The notes beneath the pieces are model-generated. The model worked only from the letters and a program-made list of their open reading frames with translations, had not been told where the DNA came from and did not search any database. Position numbers and translations under genes: made by a program. From an uncultured Acidobacteriota bacterium (GTDB lineage Bacteria; Acidobacteriota; Blastocatellia; RBC074), in the NCBI GenBank assembly GCA_963796275.1, contig CAWCKY010000004.1, forward strand, positions 1,280,001 to 1,344,000: DNA of 64,000 bases. The letters are read 5' to 3'. How positions within the stretch are numbered: the stretch's first letter is position 1; each line of letters opens with the position of its first letter. Of the stretch, positions 23,085 through 32,917 are shown piece after piece.

Positions 23085-24458
23085 TTACTCCTCTCGGTAT
23101 TTGTCCTCGAAGCGGGTGAGCTGTTTGAGAAAGACGAGTTCGACGCTGCCGACCGGGCCGTTACGCTGTTTGCCGATAATTATCTCTGCGATGTTCTGTT
23201 TTTCGGTCTCCGGTTTGTAAACCTCTTCGCGATATATAAACATTACGACATCTGCGTCTTGTTCGATGCTACCGCTTTCTCGCAAATCGGAGAGCTGCGG
23301 TTTATGGCTTCCCGTGCGCGTCTCGGGCGCGCGCGAAAGCTGGGAGAGCGCAATTAAGGGGACATTCAACTCTTTCCCCAGCATCTTCAGTTCTCGCGAA
23401 ATCTGCGACACCTCCTGCTGGCGCGATTCAGACCGTCCGCGCCCGCTCATCAACTGTAAATAATCGACGATCAGTAGATCAAGCGCTTTCTGTTCGTTCT
23501 TCAACCGGCGCGCCTTGGCGCGCATCTCGAGCACCGAAATGCCCGGCGTATCATCAAGAAAGATTTGCGCTTCGGAAAGTTCTCCCACGGCCATTGCCAG
23601 GCGCCGCCAATCGTCTTTATTGAGCATCCCGGTCCGCAGTCGATGAGCATCGACGCGCGCCTGCGAACAGAGCAACCGCTGAACGAGCTGCTCTTTGCTC
23701 ATCTCGAGCGAGAAGATACCGACGACGGCTTTCTCGCCGTGATGTTGAATTCGGAGAGCAGCATTTTGCGCAATCCCGACCGCTAACGCCGTCTTCCCCA
23801 TTGACGGCCTCGCGGCAATGATGATCAGATCACCGCGCTGCAACCCTGATGTCATATAGTCGAGATCTTGGAAGCCCGTCGCGATGCCGGTGATCAGCTG
23901 CTCTCGTCCGGCAATCTCTTCGATCAGTTCGAGCTGTTTGCCGGCGACTTCTCCGATATGCACGAACCCTTGTTTTATGCGATCTTCGGCGATCGAGAGG
24001 ATCAGCTGCTCCGCTTTGTCGAGAATCTCTTCCGGGTCGTCTTCTGCGTCAAAGGCCATCCCCATAATCTGGTTCGAGGCATTGATCAGCCTGCGTAAAG
24101 TGGATTTTCCTTTGACGATCTTCGTGTAGTTGTCGATGTTCGAAAAGCGCGGGACGCCATCGAAGAGCGACGCGATATATGCGGGGCCGCCGACCGGATC
24201 GAGTTCGCCGGCGCGGCGCAGCTCCTCCTGCAATGTGATCGGGTCGATCCCGCGCCCCTGCTCATAGAGGTTGATCATCTTTTCGTAGATGCGTCGATGC
24301 GAGGTGAGCAGGAAATCATCCGGCTTTAAACGTTCGACGGCCTGATTGATCGTCGCATTATCGAGCAGGATTGCGCCGAGGATCAGACGCTCGGCGTCGA
24401 CATTGCTGGGCAGCGACTTCTCAAGGGTGAGGTCTCGATTGGGTTCTTGTTTTGCCAT
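23085..24458 (-). CDS. dnaB: Replicative DNA helicase (no intein)
   Basis: [43 protein letters not shown]. Confidence 0.98.
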   Translation of the reverse strand: MAKQEPNRDLTLEKSLPSNVDAERLILGAILLDNATINQAVERLKPDDFLLTSHRRIYEKMINLYEQGRGIDPITLQEELRRAGELDPVGGPAYIASLFDGVPRFSNIDNYTKIVKGKSTLRRLINASNQIMGMAFDAEDDPEEILDKAEQLILSIAEDRIKQGFVHIGEVAGKQLELIEEIAGREQLITGIATGFQDLDYMTSGLQRGDLIIIAARPSMGKTALAVGIAQNAALRIQHHGEKAVVGIFSLEMSKEQLVQRLLCSQARVDAHRLRTGMLNKDDWRRLAMAVGELSEAQIFLDDTPGISVLEMRAKARRLKNEQKALDLLIVDYLQLMSGRGRSESRQQEVSQISRELKMLGKELNVPLIALSQLSRAPETRTGSHKPQLSDLRESGSIEQDADVVMFIYREEVYKPETEKQNIAEIIIGKQRNGPVGSVELVFLKQLTRFEDKYREE

Positions 24459-24562
24459 TTCGCCGGGGCGATGCCTCGCGTTCGGATTCGTAAGCCAGAT
24501 GGAAAAAATGTTGTGAGAAACAAAGGTGAGGGATGAACGCCATTATTCATCTCCCGGTTAGC

Positions 24563-24590
24563 ATCTTATGCAGGAGACGAATCGCGTCAA
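24563..24590 (-). promoter_or_regulatory. Candidate sigma-70 promoter for dnaB-alr
   Basis: TTGACG-16nt-TAAGAT on the minus strand, the same hexamers as upstream of the tRNA-Ile gene. Confidence 0.5.
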
Positions 24591-24674
24591 GCCGGCGATG
24601 TAAAACTACGGCGATGATGATGATTCTACTGAAGAAAAAATTTTCGGGAGTAGTGAGAGCTGGGGAAGTGCCCG

Positions 24675-24727
24675 AAGTCCGGAGCCCGGAAGTTGTCAGC
24701 CGGATATTGATTCCGGACTCCGGATTT
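24675..24727. repeat. Inverted heptamer-type hairpin (GTCCGGA) just after the rplI stop
   Basis: AAGTCCGGAGCCCGGAA / TTCCGGACTCCGGATTT. Confidence 0.65.
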
Positions 24728-24729
24728 TT

Positions 24730-25182
24730 TTATTCGCTTTTGACCACGACCTTGATACTGGCCGTGACTTCGCGATGCAGTTTGATCGGCACTTCAAACT
24801 CTCCTGTCTCTTTGATCGGGTCTTTCAGCTGTATCCGTTTACGATCGATCTCATAACCCCTGGCGGCCAGCGATTCGGCCACGTCCATTGAAGTTACTGA
24901 ACCATAGAGAATGCCGTGATCACCGACTTTGCGCGCAAATTCAAGCGTGACATCTTTGAGCAAACCGGCCTGCCCGTCTGCCGAGGCGCGCTCGCTCGCC
25001 TCGCGTTTGAGCAGCGATTTCCGTTGCATCTCTATCTGTTTGATATTGGACGGCGTGGCCTGGACTGCGAGCCCGCGCGGCAATAGGTAGTTGCGGCCAT
25101 AACCGGCGCGCACTTTCACCAATTCACCGCGAACGCCCAGACTCTCCACGTCCTCTTTCAGTAAGAGTTCCATCATTGACAT
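24730..25182 (-). CDS. rplI: 50S ribosomal protein L9
   Basis: LGVRGELVKVRAGYGRNYLLPRGLA, LYGSVT. Confidence 0.98.
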   Translation of the reverse strand: MSMMELLLKEDVESLGVRGELVKVRAGYGRNYLLPRGLAVQATPSNIKQIEMQRKSLLKREASERASADGQAGLLKDVTLEFARKVGDHGILYGSVTSMDVAESLAARGYEIDRKRIQLKDPIKETGEFEVPIKLHREVTASIKVVVKSE

Positions 25183-25198
25183 AACTAAGACTCCCTTA

Positions 25199-25267
25199 TC
25201 AGTTGCCAGTTTCCAGTTTTTAGTTTTCAGCCGTTGAAACTGAAAACTGAAAACTGAAGACTGAAAC
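25199..25267. repeat. Inverted heptamer repeats (CAGTTTT)n/(AAAACTG)n between rpsR and rplI
   Basis: Directly visible. Confidence 0.85.
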
Positions 25268-25545
25268 TAATATTTCGTATATGGCAATAGGGCGAGGCTG
25301 CGCGCACGCTTGATCGCCTCGCTCAATTTGCGCTGCTGCCATGCGGTTACGCCGGTCAACCGGCGGGGCATAATCTTACCGTTCTCCGCAATGAATGCTT
25401 GCAGCAGCTTCACATCCTTATAATCGATGTAATCGATCTTCTCGGCGGAGAGGCGAGAGACACGACGACGGCGCGAGGCCGTACGCATGCCTTTTCCTCC
25501 CTTGCCATTCCTCTCGTCGTTATCGAATTCTGTATTTCTCGGCAT
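25267..25545 (-). CDS. rpsR: 30S ribosomal protein S18 (Cys-less form)
   Basis: [31 protein letters not shown]. Confidence 0.97.
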   Translation of the reverse strand: MPRNTEFDNDERNGKGGKGMRTASRRRRVSRLSAEKIDYIDYKDVKLLQAFIAENGKIMPRRLTGVTAWQQRKLSEAIKRARSLALLPYTKY

Positions 25546-25582
25546 ATTCGTCCTCAATTCCGGCGGTTTTGATCACCGCTCA

Positions 25583-25984
25583 TTATCTAATATCCTCTTC
25601 ATCCTCCATGCCTTCTTCGAGATCGAAGTCTTCATCCTTCTCGCGCGGTATGAGGATAGATTTTCGCTTGGCTTTCATCTTCGCGGCCCGCTTGAGGTCT
25701 TCGTCCGTACGGATGGTGAGATGGCGGAGCACAAAATCGGTCACGCGCAGACGGCGCTCGACCTCGGATATCTCCTGGCCAGTGCCCTCTATATGGAGCA
25801 GTGTATAGATGCCCTCGTCAAACTTGTTTATGCGATAAGCGAGCTTGCGGCGACCCCAATTGTCTATTTTAGAGATCTTTCCGCCCCTCTCGGTGACGAC
25901 GTGTTCAAGTTGGGTAGTGATCTTGCTGAGATCACCTTCGGCAGTATTAGGCGCCGAGATGAAAACAACCTCGTAGGTTCTCAA
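25583..25984 (-). CDS. rpsF: 30S ribosomal protein S6
   Basis: YEVVFI, WGRRKLAYRINK; TTG start after AAGGAGG. Confidence 0.97.
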   Translation of the reverse strand: MRTYEVVFISAPNTAEGDLSKITTQLEHVVTERGGKISKIDNWGRRKLAYRINKFDEGIYTLLHIEGTGQEISEVERRLRVTDFVLRHLTIRTDEDLKRAAKMKAKRKSILIPREKDEDFDLEEGMEDEEDIR

Positions 25985-25992
25985 GACTTTTT

Positions 25993-26049
25993 CCTCCTTA
26001 TGGATGTTATCTTCTACAGCCCGGCAGAAACCCCGCCGAGCAAGGAGCT
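25993..26049 (-). promoter_or_regulatory. Probable S6:S18 autogenous-control RNA leader
   Basis: Minus strand GCTCCTT-GCTCGGCGGG-GTT-TCTGCCGGGC-TGTAG...AAGGAGG. CTCCTT pairs with the rpsF SD around an inner hairpin, as in known rpsF leaders. Confidence 0.75.
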
Positions 26050-26051
26050 AG

Positions 26052-26138
26052 GATAATTGATAATGGATAATTGATAGTTTGTATGCCTGTGGCAACAATC
26101 TATACGAATTATCAATTATCCATTATCAATTATCCATT
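26052..26138. repeat. Inverted heptamer repeats (GATAATT/GATAATG)n with conserved core, overlapping the pth stop
   Basis: Arms 26052-26077 and 26107-26138; core 26078-26108 resembles 37350-37380 inverted. Confidence 0.88.
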
Positions 26139-26693
26139 GTATTTAGACATTGCCTCGGCAATGCCCGATGTCAAAATAGCTTCGACGGCCTCGGCCGCCC
26201 GCGCCAACATTTGATCGAGCGCGTCATGATCCTTGCGCGAGAAATCGGCAAGGACAAAATCTCTCATTGCGGCAACCGGGTGATCTGGGGCGATTCCCAT
26301 TCGCAGACGGGGAAACATGTCCGTCCCGAGCTTGGCAATGACTGACTTGAGGCCGTTATGCCCTCCCGCGCTTCCCTCGCGGCGTATGCGAATCTTGCCA
26401 AAGGGTAAAGCAATGTCATCGCTCAGAATAAGCACCGATGAGTTCTCTTCGATCCGGTACTTGTCCTTCAATGCGGCGACAGAGACTCCGCTCAGATTCA
26501 TAAACGTCTGAGGTTTGGCGAACAGAAGTTCCTGATCCCCAATCGCCGAGCGCGCCGTCAAGGCCTGGCATTCCGAAATACGGACTTCCCGCCCGGCACG
26601 CCTTGCCAGTTCATCGATAAGCATGAAGCCGCAATTATGGCGCGTCCATTCATACTGCGGTCCCGGATTACCAAGGCCAACGATCAGCCACAT
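26130..26693 (-). CDS. pth: Peptidyl-tRNA hydrolase
   Basis: LIVGLGNPG, TRHNCGF, KPQTFMNLSG, GSAGGHNGLKS. Confidence 0.98.
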   Translation of the reverse strand: MWLIVGLGNPGPQYEWTRHNCGFMLIDELARRAGREVRISECQALTARSAIGDQELLFAKPQTFMNLSGVSVAALKDKYRIEENSSVLILSDDIALPFGKIRIRREGSAGGHNGLKSVIAKLGTDMFPRLRMGIAPDHPVAAMRDFVLADFSRKDHDALDQMLARAAEAVEAILTSGIAEAMSKYNG

Positions 26694-26734
26694 ACGAGCA
26701 GAAATCTCAAATTTCGAGCTTTGAGATGCAGAAA

Positions 26735-27385
26735 TTATTGGCCGCCCTGCTCCTCAGTCTTACCCTTCTTGATGACTTCCGGTTCGGCAGCAGATTCCTC
26801 CGCCGGTGGAGCTTCTTCCTCGACCCGCGGCGGGATGACCGTGACAATAACCTTCTCAGGGTCGGCCAGCACTTCGATCTTATCGCTTATTTTCAGGTCT
26901 TTGACGTACAAATGATCGCCGATACCGAGCGCAGTAACATCAACCTCGATTGCTTCCGGAAGATCCGTCGGCAGACAGCGTACCTCCAAAGATTTCGTGA
27001 CGAGATCGAGTATCCCCTCGAACTTCTTCACTCCCTCCGCCTCACCGACCGCCCTGACGGACAATTCGAATGTGGTTTTTTCCGTCAAGGAAATCCGCAT
27101 CAAGTCCGCATGAATGAGGGATCCTTTGATGGGATCGAGTTGCAGCGCAGCGATCTTGACCGGCGTTGCCGATCCTTCGAAATTGAGCGTGAAAACTTTA
27201 TTGCGCCCGTAGTTCCGCAACAACGCGGCAAATTCCCGCTTCCCGATCATTGTGCTGGCGGCTTCTTGGCCGCCGCCATAAACTGTAACCGGGACCATAC
27301 CCTGCGCGCGCAGGCGGCGGGACGCATTCTTACCGCGCTCATCGCGGCGCGTGGCTTCGAGCATTACACTCGTATCAAAACTCAT
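26735..27385 (-). CDS. rplY: 50S ribosomal protein L25 (CTC-type)
   Basis: GKNASRRLR, PVTVYG, HADL, GEAEGVK; located between prs and pth. Confidence 0.96.
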   Translation of the reverse strand: MSFDTSVMLEATRRDERGKNASRRLRAQGMVPVTVYGGGQEAASTMIGKREFAALLRNYGRNKVFTLNFEGSATPVKIAALQLDPIKGSLIHADLMRISLTEKTTFELSVRAVGEAEGVKKFEGILDLVTKSLEVRCLPTDLPEAIEVDVTALGIGDHLYVKDLKISDKIEVLADPEKVIVTVIPPRVEEEAPPAEESAAEPEVIKKGKTEEQGGQ

Positions 27386-27417
27386 AGTCTCAACTCCAGG
27401 TTCGATTTACTGAAAAC

Positions 27418-28365
27418 TCAGATAAATAATCGGCTCACGGAGGTCTCGTCGTGGATGGACTTGATCGCCTCAGCGAGCAGCGGGGCGATGCTCAGACATT
27501 CGAAACGCGACGATTGGCAAAAGCCCACGAGCGGCAGAGTATTCGTCATCACCACTTTTTCGAGCGGGGATTTCTCGATTCGCTCAATCGCATTGCTCGA
27601 GAGCACCGCGTGTACACAACTGGTCAATATACGGCGAGCGCCGTTCGCCCGCAGCGCTTCCGCGACCTTCGTCAATGTCCCTGCCGTATCCACCATATCA
27701 TCAACGATGAGCGCGTTGCGCCCTTCAACCCTGCCAACGACGTTCATTACTTCAGCTTCCGCGTGACCCGGCTGCATTTTATCGCGCCTTTTGTCGGCTA
27801 TGCCGAAATCGGCGTTTAACCGTTTGGCGTAGGCCCGCGCTCTCTCGGCGCCGCCTGGGTCGGGCGCCACGACGACCAGATTCTCGATGGGGTTTCTGGT
27901 AAAGTATTCGATCATCACCGGAGCAGCGAAAAGATGATCGACCGGGATATCGAAGAACCCCTGAATCTGTGGCGCGTGCAGGTCTACGGCAAGGACCCGG
28001 TTCGCGCCCGCCGTTGTGATCAGATTGGCGACCAGCCTGGCCGATATAGCAATGCGCGGTTTGTCCTTCTTATCACTGCGCGCGTAACCGTAATAGGGGA
28101 TCACCGCTGTGATGCGATCTGCCGATGAACGACGGAAAGCGTCGATCATTATCAGCAACTCCATGAGGTGCGAATCCACGGGGGGGCTGGTCGACTGCAC
28201 TATAAATACATCGCTTCCCCTAACATTCTCGAGGATTTGAAAGGCAAATTCCCCGTCCGGAAACCGCGTCGTGTTGGCACGACCGAGCGGAATTCCAAGG
28301 TATTGGCAGATCTCTTCGGCTAACGGGCGATTCGAGTTGCCCGCGAATATCTGTAGGCTGTTCAC
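27418..28365 (-). CDS. prs: Ribose-phosphate pyrophosphokinase
   Basis: FPDGE, PYYGYAR, DLHAPQIQGFF, VDDMVDTAGT. Confidence 0.98.
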   Translation of the reverse strand: MNSLQIFAGNSNRPLAEEICQYLGIPLGRANTTRFPDGEFAFQILENVRGSDVFIVQSTSPPVDSHLMELLIMIDAFRRSSADRITAVIPYYGYARSDKKDKPRIAISARLVANLITTAGANRVLAVDLHAPQIQGFFDIPVDHLFAAPVMIEYFTRNPIENLVVVAPDPGGAERARAYAKRLNADFGIADKRRDKMQPGHAEAEVMNVVGRVEGRNALIVDDMVDTAGTLTKVAEALRANGARRILTSCVHAVLSSNAIERIEKSPLEKVVMTNTLPLVGFCQSSRFECLSIAPLLAEAIKSIHDETSVSRLFI

Positions 28366-28376
28366 GGCTTTCTGGC

Positions 28377-28450
28377 TTGCAGACTGCCGATCGCAGATTA
28401 AAGAAAATGCCTAAGCCTCTTCCTGAATCCGCTCACCGCATTCCGCAATC
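28377..28450. repeat. Degenerate inverted heptamer repeats (GCAGATT / AATCCGC) between tRNA-Gln and prs
   Basis: TTGCAGACTGCCGATCGCAGATT ... AATCCGCTCACCGCATTCCGCAATC. Confidence 0.6.
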
Positions 28451-28455
28451 ATTAC

Positions 28456-28535
<80 letters not shown>

Positions 28536-28548
28536 CCCCAATTTGAAT

Positions 28549-28657
28549 CGATAGATGATAATTGATACTTGATAGTGAGATAGGTTCTTTCACTATCAAG
28601 TATCAACTATCGTCTATCAACTATCATCTATCAATTAACAGCTATCAACTATCAATT
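28549..28657. repeat. Inverted heptamer repeats (TTGATAG)n/(CTATCAA)n between ispE and tRNA-Gln
   Basis: Directly visible. Confidence 0.88.
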
Positions 28658-28660
28658 AAC

Positions 28661-29587
28661 TCAGATTGATAATGCCTCTCGATATAGCCGACGGCTCAGC
28701 GTATGTGCCGGTGCGCACCACCAGCCGCTTCCACTCAAATCGCTCAGGGCGCCTGAACGCGCCTCTTCGCTGTCAAAGATCGCAAAGACCGTCGAGCCGC
28801 TGCCCGACATCAAAACGCCGCGCGCGCCAATATCCATCAGTCTCTTTTTGATCTCACCAATCATCGGATGACGAGCAAACGCGGGGATTTCCAGATCGTT
28901 ATGGAGCCTGAAACCTCCCGGCATCATCCATCCAGATTGCTGGCCAGATACCGGATACACGCTCCTCGTATTGGCGTAAGCGGCCTCTAGAGAAAGCGGC
29001 ATCTTAGCTGCGGCTTGGGGGTTTGTCAACTCAGCGGGCAGGGCCGCATAGACTTGAGTGGTCGTCAGGGGTATCCCTGCATTGATCAGAAGCAGAAACG
29101 GTGCTTCAAAATCCTCCAGCGGATATACCTCGTCTCCCCTTCCGATGCCAAGACACGTCCCGCCCATAAAAAAGAAAGGCACGTCTGCTCCGATTTTCGA
29201 GCCTACGGTGAGAAGGTCGCGCACCGCAAGATCGACGTTCCACAACTTCTGCAGAGCGAGAAGCGTCACGGCGGCGTTGCTGCTCCCCCCGCCAAGTCCG
29301 GCTGCGATCGGGATGCGTTTTTTTATGGCGATGCGGATGCCTAAATCGATGCCAGTGAACTCGCATAACATTTTAGCCGCTCGGTGCGCCAGATTAGTTT
29401 CATCGCAGGGGAGATTGCGATCGCTGCTGAGTATCTCGATGCCTCGATCGATCACGGTGAAGCTCAGTTCGTCTCCCAGGCTGATCGTCTGGAGCAAAGT
29501 CCGCAGCTCGTGGTAGCCGTCCGAGCGCTTGCCGAGAATTTCCAGAACCAGGTTGATTTTGGCGAAGGAGGGAAGGGTAAGCGTCAT
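28661..29587 (-). CDS. ispE: 4-diphosphocytidyl-2-C-methyl-D-erythritol kinase
   Basis: AKINLVL, DGYHEL, IPIAAGLGGGSSNAA, GADVPFF, MSGSGS. Confidence 0.97.
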   Translation of the reverse strand: MTLTLPSFAKINLVLEILGKRSDGYHELRTLLQTISLGDELSFTVIDRGIEILSSDRNLPCDETNLAHRAAKMLCEFTGIDLGIRIAIKKRIPIAAGLGGGSSNAAVTLLALQKLWNVDLAVRDLLTVGSKIGADVPFFFMGGTCLGIGRGDEVYPLEDFEAPFLLLINAGIPLTTTQVYAALPAELTNPQAAAKMPLSLEAAYANTRSVYPVSGQQSGWMMPGGFRLHNDLEIPAFARHPMIGEIKKRLMDIGARGVLMSGSGSTVFAIFDSEEARSGALSDLSGSGWWCAPAHTLSRRLYREALSI

Positions 29588-29590
29588 AAT

Positions 29591-29667
29591 CAGTTTTCAG
29601 CTTTCAGTTTTCAGTACACATGTCATGTGGCACAGAGCTATCGAATGAAAACTGAAAACTGAAAACT
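29591..29667. repeat. Inverted heptamer repeats (CAGTTTT)n/(GAAAACT)n between the TPR gene and ispE
   Basis: Directly visible. Confidence 0.85.
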
Positions 29668-31754
29668 CATCTCGTATCTTTCAATTTCACCTTGATCCGC
29701 GCGATCTCGTCGGCTTCGATAGAGTACTCGAGCGCCTTCTCCCATTGGCGCCGCGCTTCGGTCTCTCTTCCCAGATCGCGCAGGACATCGCCCAGGTGCT
29801 CATGGACCGTGGCATTACGACGCGAATGGATCATCGCTTTCTCGAGCTGCAGGCGCGCATCTTCGAGGTTGCCTTTTTTGTAATGAGCCCAGCCCAGTGA
29901 GTCTAAAAAATTTCCGTTGATCGGCTCGATATTGATCGCCCGCTCGATCAGTTTCAAAGCTTCATCGTAACGCTCACCGCGCTCGACCAGGAAATATCCC
30001 AGGTTGTTGAGCGCCGTTGCGTTGGCGGGGTTGTGTTTGATCAGGTCGCGCAGGATTTTCTCCGACTCGTCATATCGCTCAGCCCGATCAAGCACCGAAC
30101 TCAATTGCATCTGGGCGTCACTGTCATCCGGATTAAGCTCGATCGCCTTGCGGGCAGACTCTTCGGCGGATTTCAGATCTCCGCTCTGCATCTGAACGCT
30201 GCTCACGATCATATAGACGCTGGCATCGTCCGTCGCATCCTCGGTTGTGCCTCTGATCATTTCGCGGAGCAGCTCCAGGCTTTCGCCGGACCGCTTCAGG
30301 TCGTTGAGGATCAGCGCCTCGGTCAATTTCAATGCGCGGTCCTCCCGGTGGCGGCGCGACGCGGCCTGCGCCAGTTGAAGCGCTTCGCGCCGTTTACCAT
30401 CCTCGCGCAAAGATTCGATGGCGATCAGGTCCAGCATAGGATTCTGTTCATCGACCACTCGCCGCGTCCGCGCCAGCACGCTCTGCAGCTTCGCCTGATT
30501 GCCGACGCGCCGGCACGCCCGCACCAGACGATTGACGACCTCGCCGAAGAGCGGCGTGTTGACAGGAGTCAGCGCTCCCTTGCCGAGAAAACTCTCGAAG
30601 GCCTGCTCGTATTGAGCAATCGCCTCCTCGTTTCGCCCCAGCTCTTCATAGGTCTGCGCCAGTTCGATGATCAGGTCGATTCGCGTGCTGCTCTCCACAT
30701 TGGCGAGCGCGGTCTTGAGCGTCTCGATCGCTCCCAGGCGCTCATTGGCGCGGCGCTGCGCGAGCGCCAGTAACCCGATGGCGCTGGCGTTCGTTGGATC
30801 GAGCTTGACGTATTCTCGCAGTATCCTGACGGCTTCCGTATACTGCCCGGCGCGCACCAGCGCTGAACCGTAACCGATCAGGACCGCCGGATTGAAAAAG
30901 GACTTGACGAGTTGTGAATAGACGCGCAGCTCATCTTCGCTCGTTCCCGCGGTACGCAGGACATTGATCAAATTACGCGCAAATGCGTTCGAATCCGGGT
31001 TCGATTCGTAAGCCATACGCGCAGCATCGATCGCCTTCTGACTTTTTCCCCGGCTCAGATAAATCTGCGAGAGTTGATAGAAAGCCTGGTCAGACGAGAG
31101 CTCGTCGTTCATCAGCCAGCGATAGAAGAACGTATCATTCGGAGGTGGGGCGAGCGCCCATTTCTCCAGCGCAATGATCCGGCGTTCTTCGTCGTTCTTT
31201 ATCTGATACAACTCGGCGAGTAAAGCCCAGCATTCCGCCATCGACGGATCGAGCTCAGCCACTTTTTCGTATCGACCGATCGCTTTGTCGACGTAGCTCG
31301 AGCGCGCTTCCTTCTCCGTTCTCGCCTGCGTGATATATAACCGCGCGAGTAACAGAAAGCCTCCGACGTTTTTCGGATCCAGGCGGATCGCCTCCAATCC
31401 CTCCTGCTCCGCCAGATCACGGCGCGAAAGGTAGAAGAAATAGAGCTCACCGAGATCGACGTGTGGCTCAGCCGAGAGCGGGTCTAACTGGATCGTATCC
31501 TTGAATGCCTTGATCGCCTCATCGAAGTGCCGGGAGCTCCGCAGCCGTTGAGCCTGAGCTTTCAGGCGTTGCGCCTCCAGATAACGCAGATGGGCGGAAA
31601 TCCGCGCATCCTGGGTTCGAGTTTGCTGAACCGCCGGCGATGTAGAACCGGGTTTATTTTCGGGTGTAATTTTACCTGGCTCCTGGTATGCGGTCGCAGG
31701 AACCCTGAGGCAGGCCACAACGGATAAAATAAATAAGCAGAACTTTAGCATCAT
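29667..31754 (-). CDS. Exported tetratricopeptide-repeat protein
   Basis: Signal peptide, many TPRs, C-terminal ALNNLGY...LDSLGW...EHLGD. Confidence 0.9.
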   Translation of the reverse strand: MMLKFCLFILSVVACLRVPATAYQEPGKITPENKPGSTSPAVQQTRTQDARISAHLRYLEAQRLKAQAQRLRSSRHFDEAIKAFKDTIQLDPLSAEPHVDLGELYFFYLSRRDLAEQEGLEAIRLDPKNVGGFLLLARLYITQARTEKEARSSYVDKAIGRYEKVAELDPSMAECWALLAELYQIKNDEERRIIALEKWALAPPPNDTFFYRWLMNDELSSDQAFYQLSQIYLSRGKSQKAIDAARMAYESNPDSNAFARNLINVLRTAGTSEDELRVYSQLVKSFFNPAVLIGYGSALVRAGQYTEAVRILREYVKLDPTNASAIGLLALAQRRANERLGAIETLKTALANVESSTRIDLIIELAQTYEELGRNEEAIAQYEQAFESFLGKGALTPVNTPLFGEVVNRLVRACRRVGNQAKLQSVLARTRRVVDEQNPMLDLIAIESLREDGKRREALQLAQAASRRHREDRALKLTEALILNDLKRSGESLELLREMIRGTTEDATDDASVYMIVSSVQMQSGDLKSAEESARKAIELNPDDSDAQMQLSSVLDRAERYDESEKILRDLIKHNPANATALNNLGYFLVERGERYDEALKLIERAINIEPINGNFLDSLGWAHYKKGNLEDARLQLEKAMIHSRRNATVHEHLGDVLRDLGRETEARRQWEKALEYSIEADEIARIKVKLKDTR

Positions 31755-32224
31755 TGCGTATTGCGGCTAATTATACGCTCCCACTCGCCGCGCCGTGGAA
31801 AGCTATAGAATATTAAAAGAAGACTTACCACACCAAGACGCCAGCTATACTCATAATCTCCGGTTAATAGGTAAAAAGTGAATCCCATGAGGCAGACTAA
31901 TAGGGCGACAGCGAGACAGATGAGGGTGATCGCCAACAGTCGGCCAAGCAATGCGTCCACTCCGCGTGAGGCCACTTTCCCCATCATCGACTGCGACATC
32001 AGTAAGCGGCGGACCGAAACGACAATCAGGCCGAGTACAATTACAACAATAAAGATAGGGCGTACCAATCTTTCGCTGCCTGGTAGCATGTCGCCCGGAG
32101 AGATGAATCGAGCGATAAGCATGAAGATGAGAACGCTCAGGGCAATGATCAGGACGAGCTTGACCCCCTTGCTGTAGCCTTGAGTGAGCGCCTGTTGATT
32201 TTCGACAGAAATGTAGTTCCCCAT
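31751..32224 (-). CDS. Four-TM membrane protein of unknown function
   Basis: Four hydrophobic segments; translationally coupled to both neighbours. Confidence 0.75.
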   Translation of the reverse strand: MGNYISVENQQALTQGYSKGVKLVLIIALSVLIFMLIARFISPGDMLPGSERLVRPIFIVVIVLGLIVVSVRRLLMSQSMMGKVASRGVDALLGRLLAITLICLAVALLVCLMGFTFYLLTGDYEYSWRLGVVSLLLIFYSFPRRGEWERIISRNTQ

Positions 32225-32863
32225 TTATTCTGTGTCTGGCCGTAATAACCCGTTTTCAATAACCAGGTCATCCTTGGTGCCTGATTTGCGATCTGGGCCG
32301 GCGGAAACCAACCGGTAATTGGTCGCCTTGCCGCGATACCTCAATTCCTTACCCCAGAGATCGAACCGGTGCGGTGTTGGTACGTAGCGCGGCGATAGGA
32401 AATCCAGCAATTCTCCCATCTCTTCTGTCTCAACGAACTTCCCGCGGTCGCGCTGATATGCGCTGAGGCCGTCGGCCAGTTCTTTGAGCATGATCGCCGT
32501 CCGGCGCACTTTTTCACGACGGACCGCCTCTTCTATCAAATCGAAAGATTCCCATTGCCGGTCGCCCAGCCTGACCTCGGAAACACGCCAATCTCCATTC
32601 TCTCGGGTTACGCGAAAGGCCGTCTCGATCCGGGCCTCGACGATCACATCGCCGCCCGTCAGGCTCGGACTCAGGTCTTTTATCTGGACCTGATCTTTAT
32701 CGAAGTTCGCTCCGGCGATATGTTGAAGCAACTCGCGCGCCTTGCCTACGCTGAGCGTGTCCCCCGGCGAGGCGAATAATATCAACCCACAGAAAAGCGA
32801 ACTTATCCCGACGCTGATAGCAAAACTGAGAATAACTCTGCGGGATTTAAATTGGTTCTCCAT
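32225..32863 (-). CDS. Protein with GspG-like (pseudopilin) C-terminal domain
   Basis: DLWGKELRY...LVSAGPDRKSGTKDD motif; N-terminal TM or signal peptide. Confidence 0.75.
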   Translation of the reverse strand: MENQFKSRRVILSFAISVGISSLFCGLILFASPGDTLSVGKARELLQHIAGANFDKDQVQIKDLSPSLTGGDVIVEARIETAFRVTRENGDWRVSEVRLGDRQWESFDLIEEAVRREKVRRTAIMLKELADGLSAYQRDRGKFVETEEMGELLDFLSPRYVPTPHRFDLWGKELRYRGKATNYRLVSAGPDRKSGTKDDLVIENGLLRPDTE

Positions 32864-32917
32864 AACGAATTTACGGGAGTTTTCCCGTCAGCGATGTTAG
32901 CAAAATACCCCAACAAA

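Noticed and set aside
23085-24458. Intein in dnaB
   Set aside because: Normal length (457 aa) with contiguous motifs
26726-27766. 346-aa ORF overlapping rplY/prs, and other long overlapping ORFs (for example 17672-18796, 18801-19868, 10497-11378)
   Set aside because: Shadow frames of well-conserved genes in GC-rich DNA
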